49,235 nucleotides of DNA from Thermoproteota archaeon (GTDB lineage: Archaea > Thermoproteota > Methanomethylicia > Methanomethylicales > Methanomethylicaceae). The position numbers were made by a program, and so were the translations under genes. How positions within the stretch are numbered: the stretch's first letter is position 1; each line of letters starts with the position of its first letter. The notes beneath the pieces are model-generated. The model was not told the DNA's origin. It made no database searches and saw only the letters and a list, made by a program, of their open reading frames with translations. Positions 45,804-49,235 of this stretch are shown here, piece after piece. The stretch covers positions 1-49,235 of the forward strand of contig JASFYK010000001.1 of the NCBI GenBank assembly GCA_030055545.1, given 5' to 3'.

Positions 45804-46379
45804 GTGGTTGGATTGGGTTTCGAGAAGCTTGCCAAGGCAGCCGCAGTTCTCAAGAACGTGCCCAGGACGGGCTGGATCCAGAGGGGAGTGCCTAGGGGAG
45901 AGGCCGAAACAGTTGCGGAGCACACATTCATGGTTACGGCGATCCTAGGCTACATATCGACCAGCTCCAGGGAACCGCACCTAAACCGGGAGAGGATGAT
46001 CCTCATGGGGATAATACACGACATTGGGGAGGCCGTCTCAGGCGATATCCCCAGAGGGCTCACCGAGAGGCTAGGGAAGAAGCTCAAGGAGGGGATCGAG
46101 ACCGAAATAATCAAGGGTATCTTTGACGACCCCGACGACGGCAGTCTAGCTGAGCTCTTCCTAGAGTACTTGGAGAGGGAGACGACCGAGGCCAAGGTAG
46201 TCAAAATCGCAGATCTTCTGGCCACGCTCTGGCAGGCTGAGGCATATCTCAAGAGGGGCTTCCCAGTCGGAGATATAATCGAATCCTGCAAAGAGGAGGC
46301 GCAGGGCATGATCGAGGAAATACGAGAGGAGGATCTCAGCCTTCTTTTGAAGGCGATCCTTGGGTCGAAAGGCAGATAA
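45804..46379 (+). CDS. HD-domain phosphohydrolase (YfbR-like 5'-deoxynucleotidase family)
   Basis: 191 aa. LKNVPRTGW, AEHTF and IIHDIGEAVSGD (HD) motifs. Confidence 0.8.
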   Translation: MVGLGFEKLAKAAAVLKNVPRTGWIQRGVPRGEAETVAEHTFMVTAILGYISTSSREPHLNRERMILMGIIHDIGEAVSGDIPRGLTERLGKKLKEGIETEIIKGIFDDPDDGSLAELFLEYLERETTEAKVVKIADLLATLWQAEAYLKRGFPVGDIIESCKEEAQGMIEEIREEDLSLLLKAILGSKGR

Positions 46380-46393
46380 ATCGATCTGGGTGT

Positions 46394-46684
46394 TTGATAA
46401 CCATGGCAAAAGATGGAGAAGGACAGCAGGAGAAAGCGCCTGGAAACGGGGAAGAGAAGCAATACTACATGCCGATCCCAGCGGGGACGCCATACTCTGT
46501 TATTGCAGAAGCCGTCAACAGGTTTGGGGTCGAGCTGACGGAAAAAGAAGTGATCGTTCCTGGGATAGGGGAGAACGAGACAGCACCACTCACATGGGTG
46601 CTAGTCGGAAGCAGAGAGAGCCTTGAGAAAGCCCACGAATTCATTGTTAGAAAAATGACGGAGATGCTGGAGAGGTTTAGGTAG
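46394..46684 (+). CDS. Hypothetical small protein
   Basis: 96 aa, 14 nt downstream of the HD gene. Charged/low-complexity N-terminus followed by a plausible alpha/beta core. No motif recognised. Confidence 0.4.
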   Translation: MITMAKDGEGQQEKAPGNGEEKQYYMPIPAGTPYSVIAEAVNRFGVELTEKEVIVPGIGENETAPLTWVLVGSRESLEKAHEFIVRKMTEMLERFR

Positions 46685-47192
46685 GCGCTTCGCCGCCTAG
46701 GTGAGCGCTCATACGCTTGTCCTCTTCTAGCATCTCGCTCTGGAGGTCTTTCACGATCTTCGCGATTGCGCTCAGGAAGATCTGCTCTACTGCTCTACCG
46801 AGCGAGGCCCCGAGCTCGTCGCAGAGATCCGATACCTTCTCGGAATTCCTGTCCAAGAATGAGTAAAAGGACTCTGCCACGACCTGGTATAGGTCTTCTT
46901 CCAACTCGGAGTCGCTTCCCTCACCGATCCCGATCGAGAACTCGAGCGCATAAAGGTCAGGCCCTTTCCCTTTTCCTGGGATCCGCCTGACCAATCTTGC
47001 GTTTACCAATTTATCCAGCCGGTCTGATGCATCCTTCTTGCTGATCAGGAGTACCTCCGACATCCGATCCATCGTCAGCGGACCCTTCTGAAGGGACAGG
47101 AGGGCTTCACGCGACTTGTCATCAAGTAGGGCGCTGCAGACCTCTGCAAGTTTTTCGTCAGGAACCACTAGGCATGCCATTGTTATCACCAA
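46677..47192 (-). CDS. Putative winged-helix DNA-binding protein, last gene of the mcrD-like/mcrC/mmp5 operon
   Basis: About 167-171 aa (ATG 47180 or TTG 47192). wHTH-like LSLQKGPLTMDRMSEVLLISKKDASDRLDKLVNARLVRR plus a helical C-terminal half. The start overlaps the mmp5 3' end by about 23 nt. Confidence 0.55.
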   Translation of the reverse strand: MVITMACLVVPDEKLAEVCSALLDDKSREALLSLQKGPLTMDRMSEVLLISKKDASDRLDKLVNARLVRRIPGKGKGPDLYALEFSIGIGEGSDSELEEDLYQVVAESFYSFLDRNSEKVSDLCDELGASLGRAVEQIFLSAIAKIVKDLQSEMLEEDKRMSAHLGGEAPT

Positions 47193-47622
47193 GAGACTTG
47201 AGGAATGACCTTATCTTTGAGACCATTATCCTAGCATCGTCCTCTGTGCGCGGGTAAGGGACCACTACAACCGGAATTTCCCTACGCTTTAGTATGTATC
47301 GGATGAATTCGTTAGTTCTGCCACAGCTGGCGCACCCGAAAAGGGCCTCTGGATCCTCTACCACGATTGCTGCGTCTGCCTCTTCTATGAGCGGGCCGAT
47401 CAGTGCCAGGCGGCCCCTCACACCGGACGGGACCTCTATCGCAGCGTACTTCAACCCCCTCCTGGGGAACTCTGGGGTGATGTTCATCGGCGGAGAGTCT
47501 ATCTCCGGCTTCGAGAGGTTCTTCGCGACCTCCTCGCCGAGACCGAGCGGCGTATGCCCCTCACGCGTGACGAGGTCGTACAGGATTAGACTGTTGGGCG
47601 GAAATATGAACACTTTAGCCAA
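47158..47622 (-). CDS. Methanogenesis marker protein 5 (Mmp5)
   Basis: 154 aa. FIFPPNSLILYDLV, GLKYAAIEVPSGVRGR and FGCASCGRTNE segments match my recollection of marker-5 proteins. GGAGG lies 9 nt before the TTG start. 8-nt overlap with mcrC. Confidence 0.7.
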   Translation of the reverse strand: MAKVFIFPPNSLILYDLVTREGHTPLGLGEEVAKNLSKPEIDSPPMNITPEFPRRGLKYAAIEVPSGVRGRLALIGPLIEEADAAIVVEDPEALFGCASCGRTNEFIRYILKRREIPVVVVPYPRTEDDARIMVSKIRSFLKSLGDNNGMPSGS

Positions 47623-48283
47623 TATTATTCCTCCCGAGTATCACTTCTCTGCGGTCTATCTTGCTCAACCAGAACTTCACTTTTATCACTATCTCATTCA
47701 GCTTGTCCCTTGGGCAGCTGACTCCCCGGACGACGCCTGTGACTAGGTCCACTATCACCCCGGCGCATTCGACCTTGCCAGGAGGCGGCCGAACCAGCCT
47801 AGTGATTATCCCGACCTTCGCAAAGTCCTCATAGTCCACAGGGGCCTCGCAGACAATTATCGCAGGTATGTCGACATACCTCAGGAACGACTTTGCTTTG
47901 TGAACCACATGACCGCTGATCCCGCCCAAGTGTATGAGTGCAAGCTTGAAACGCCTTATCTGGAATACCTCTTTTTCGTTCATGCCAGCCATCGATCCGC
48001 CAGGCGCGCCGCCATACGGCGAGTCGGGAGGGACGCCGGCCCCGGACTCGAGAACAAGTACGCTCGTCCGTATCCCCTGCTCCCTGAGGCCATATGTGAT
48101 CTCGCAGATCGGCTTGGTTATGTGTCGCTTCGAAGGTGACATCGCAATTGCGACTACCTCGAAGCTCTCGGATTCTGAAATTGTCCCCCGCTGGGCCAGA
48201 CCGCCGCCCTCTCCGATGCCCATCGACTCCCTGCAGTCGACAATCTGCACATCCCTGCCAATCGAATCCTGCAATCGGTTCAC
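47615..48283 (-). CDS. mcrC: Methyl-coenzyme M reductase operon protein C
   Basis: 222 aa. QIVDCRESMGIGEGGGLAQRGT and VAIAMSPSKRHITKPICEITYGLREQGI are hallmark McrC segments. GTGA overlap with the upstream gene. Confidence 0.85.
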   Translation of the reverse strand: MNRLQDSIGRDVQIVDCRESMGIGEGGGLAQRGTISESESFEVVAIAMSPSKRHITKPICEITYGLREQGIRTSVLVLESGAGVPPDSPYGGAPGGSMAGMNEKEVFQIRRFKLALIHLGGISGHVVHKAKSFLRYVDIPAIIVCEAPVDYEDFAKVGIITRLVRPPPGKVECAGVIVDLVTGVVRGVSCPRDKLNEIVIKVKFWLSKIDRREVILGRNNIG

Positions 48284-48606
48284 CTTTCCAACCCGCGGAG
48301 GTAGTCCTTGACGGTCGGCCTCGGCTTGGTGAACTGCCCTACTCTCACATCGTAGCCATAGGGCATGGTCTGGTCGCAGACAGGCTTCAGCTTTGCAATG
48401 ACATCTTCAGGCGCGAAGCCAGTTTTCACTACAATTATGAACCTGCCCGTGAGTCGCCCTCCTCCGGAAAACCTAGGACCGTGGGTCAGAACCTCCTCGA
48501 CCCCCTCGGTATCGCGAATTATCGCGGCTAAATCTTTTGCCTTCTTGTCGCTCATCAATCGCCTTGGCATGACCTCGATTTCCCTGAATTGAGCTTGCTG
48601 AGACAT
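48280..48606 (-). CDS. mcrD: Compact McrD-like protein
   Basis: 108 aa. The N-terminus EIEVMPRRLMSDKKAKDLAAIIRDTEGVEEVLTHGP and C-terminus YDVRVGQFTKPRPTVKDY parallel McrD (IEIFP.R.L...HGP ... VG.FTK...TV.DY). The central segment of canonical ~150-aa McrD proteins is missing. Confidence 0.6.
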   Translation of the reverse strand: MSQQAQFREIEVMPRRLMSDKKAKDLAAIIRDTEGVEEVLTHGPRFSGGGRLTGRFIIVVKTGFAPEDVIAKLKPVCDQTMPYGYDVRVGQFTKPRPTVKDYLRGLER

Positions 48607-48675
48607 CCCGGATCACTAACCTATAAATTAATCAGGGATTTAATAATGTAGTGCTACCGCTGGAGTGAGGCCCCA

Positions 48676-49235
48676 TTGAAAATCGTTGTTGACGGGAATG
48701 AGTATGAGGCAGTAGAGGGAGAACGCCTGGGCGCGATGCTTGTAAAGCTGGGCATAAGGGGCAAAGAGGGGTGCATAATCGCGGTCAAGAAGAAGGTCAG
48801 AGAGGAGAGTGTCGAAACAAATCTATTTGAAATTGAAACAACTAGGGGCCGAATGATACTGAGAATAGAGTGCGACGAACTCCTCGAGAGATGGAGGGAG
48901 TCCTGCCACGGCTACGAAGGAGCAGGTGTGAGGTGGACCACGAAGGATGCTGTAGTTTTTGGATCCACCATATTCGACGCCCAGCCCTCAATGGAACCGG
49001 TCAGTCTCGGGAGATATGAGGTGACGCTTAGCCTGTCCGGGCTCAGCAAAGAGAACACTCTCCTTGTCTTCTCGAAGCGACCGCATTCTGCTTCCTATTA
49101 CCCGCCCAAGGGATGCGCTGTCCTGGGGAGGGTGGTCTATGGCAGACACCTAGTCGGGCTGCTCAAGATGGGGGACAGGATCCTTTCGATTAAACCGGTA
49201 CTCGAGACCAAGGAGCTGGCAAAGTCACTGCTCAA
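48676..49235 (+). CDS. Methanogenesis marker protein 3 (UPF0288-like), 3'-truncated by the window edge
   Basis: Open frame from TTG 48676 (in-frame TAG at 48649) to the window end; absent from the ORF track. LKIVVDGNEYEAVEGERLGAML..., VRWTTKDAVVFG and LSLSGLSKENTLLVFSKRPHSASY resemble Mmp3 N-terminal regions as I recall them. Confidence 0.65.
   Translation, partial: MKIVVDGNEYEAVEGERLGAMLVKLGIRGKEGCIIAVKKKVREESVETNLFEIETTRGRMILRIECDELLERWRESCHGYEGAGVRWTTKDAVVFGSTIFDAQPSMEPVSLGRYEVTLSLSGLSKENTLLVFSKRPHSASYYPPKGCAVLGRVVYGRHLVGLLKMGDRILSIKPVLETKELAKSLL

Noticed and set aside
45743-45931. N-terminal 63-aa extension of the ferredoxin ORF (123-aa version)
   Set aside because: The extension has no ferredoxin-like sequence. 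It would cover the divergent HD-gene promoter and overlap the HD gene's first 128 nt. The TTG 45742 start gives a canonical ~60-aa ferredoxin.

Overview
Densely packed archaeal chromosomal segment with about 53 protein genes, many joined by 4-nt start/stop overlaps. Reading by eye, I found no rRNA, tRNA, CRISPR array, transposase or integrase. The archaeal assignment rests on gene content: deoxyhypusine synthase, GPN-loop GTPase, RpoP, EndA, archaeal-type GlyRS, a LysW-type lysine/arginine cluster, and TATA-like AT-rich promoters.

Most of the window is housekeeping:
- thrB-thrC
- lysM-like lrp plus lysX-Y-Z-J-K
- ahcY, trxB, glyS, speB and class II HMG-CoA reductase
- a stomatin/NfeD pair, PAC2 and Hsp20
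- an M42 peptidase
- a PaaK plus sodium:solute symporter operon

The parts most worth a second look:
1. The right end holds a cluster of methyl/alkyl-coenzyme M reductase accessory genes. A compact mcrD-like gene, mcrC, methanogenesis marker 5 and a winged-helix gene are coupled on the minus strand, and marker 3 runs divergently. No mcrABG lies in the 47 kb to its left.
2. An FAD-oxidase plus HdrD/GlcF-like CCG iron-sulfur pair could feed electrons to a heterodisulfide.
3. A 558-aa coiled-coil protein I cannot place in a family has a similar YxPxY...EG beta-module at each end. It is translationally coupled to a GT4 glycosyltransferase and the HMG-CoA reductase.
4. An acyl-CoA synthetase is fused to a CBS pair and faces a wHTH-CBS regulator across an A/T-rich inverted-repeat promoter.
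5. A membrane-tethered wHTH gene sits beside an M48 protease, behind a perfect 19-bp direct repeat.

All family assignments come from motif recognition by eye. No searches or computations were run.
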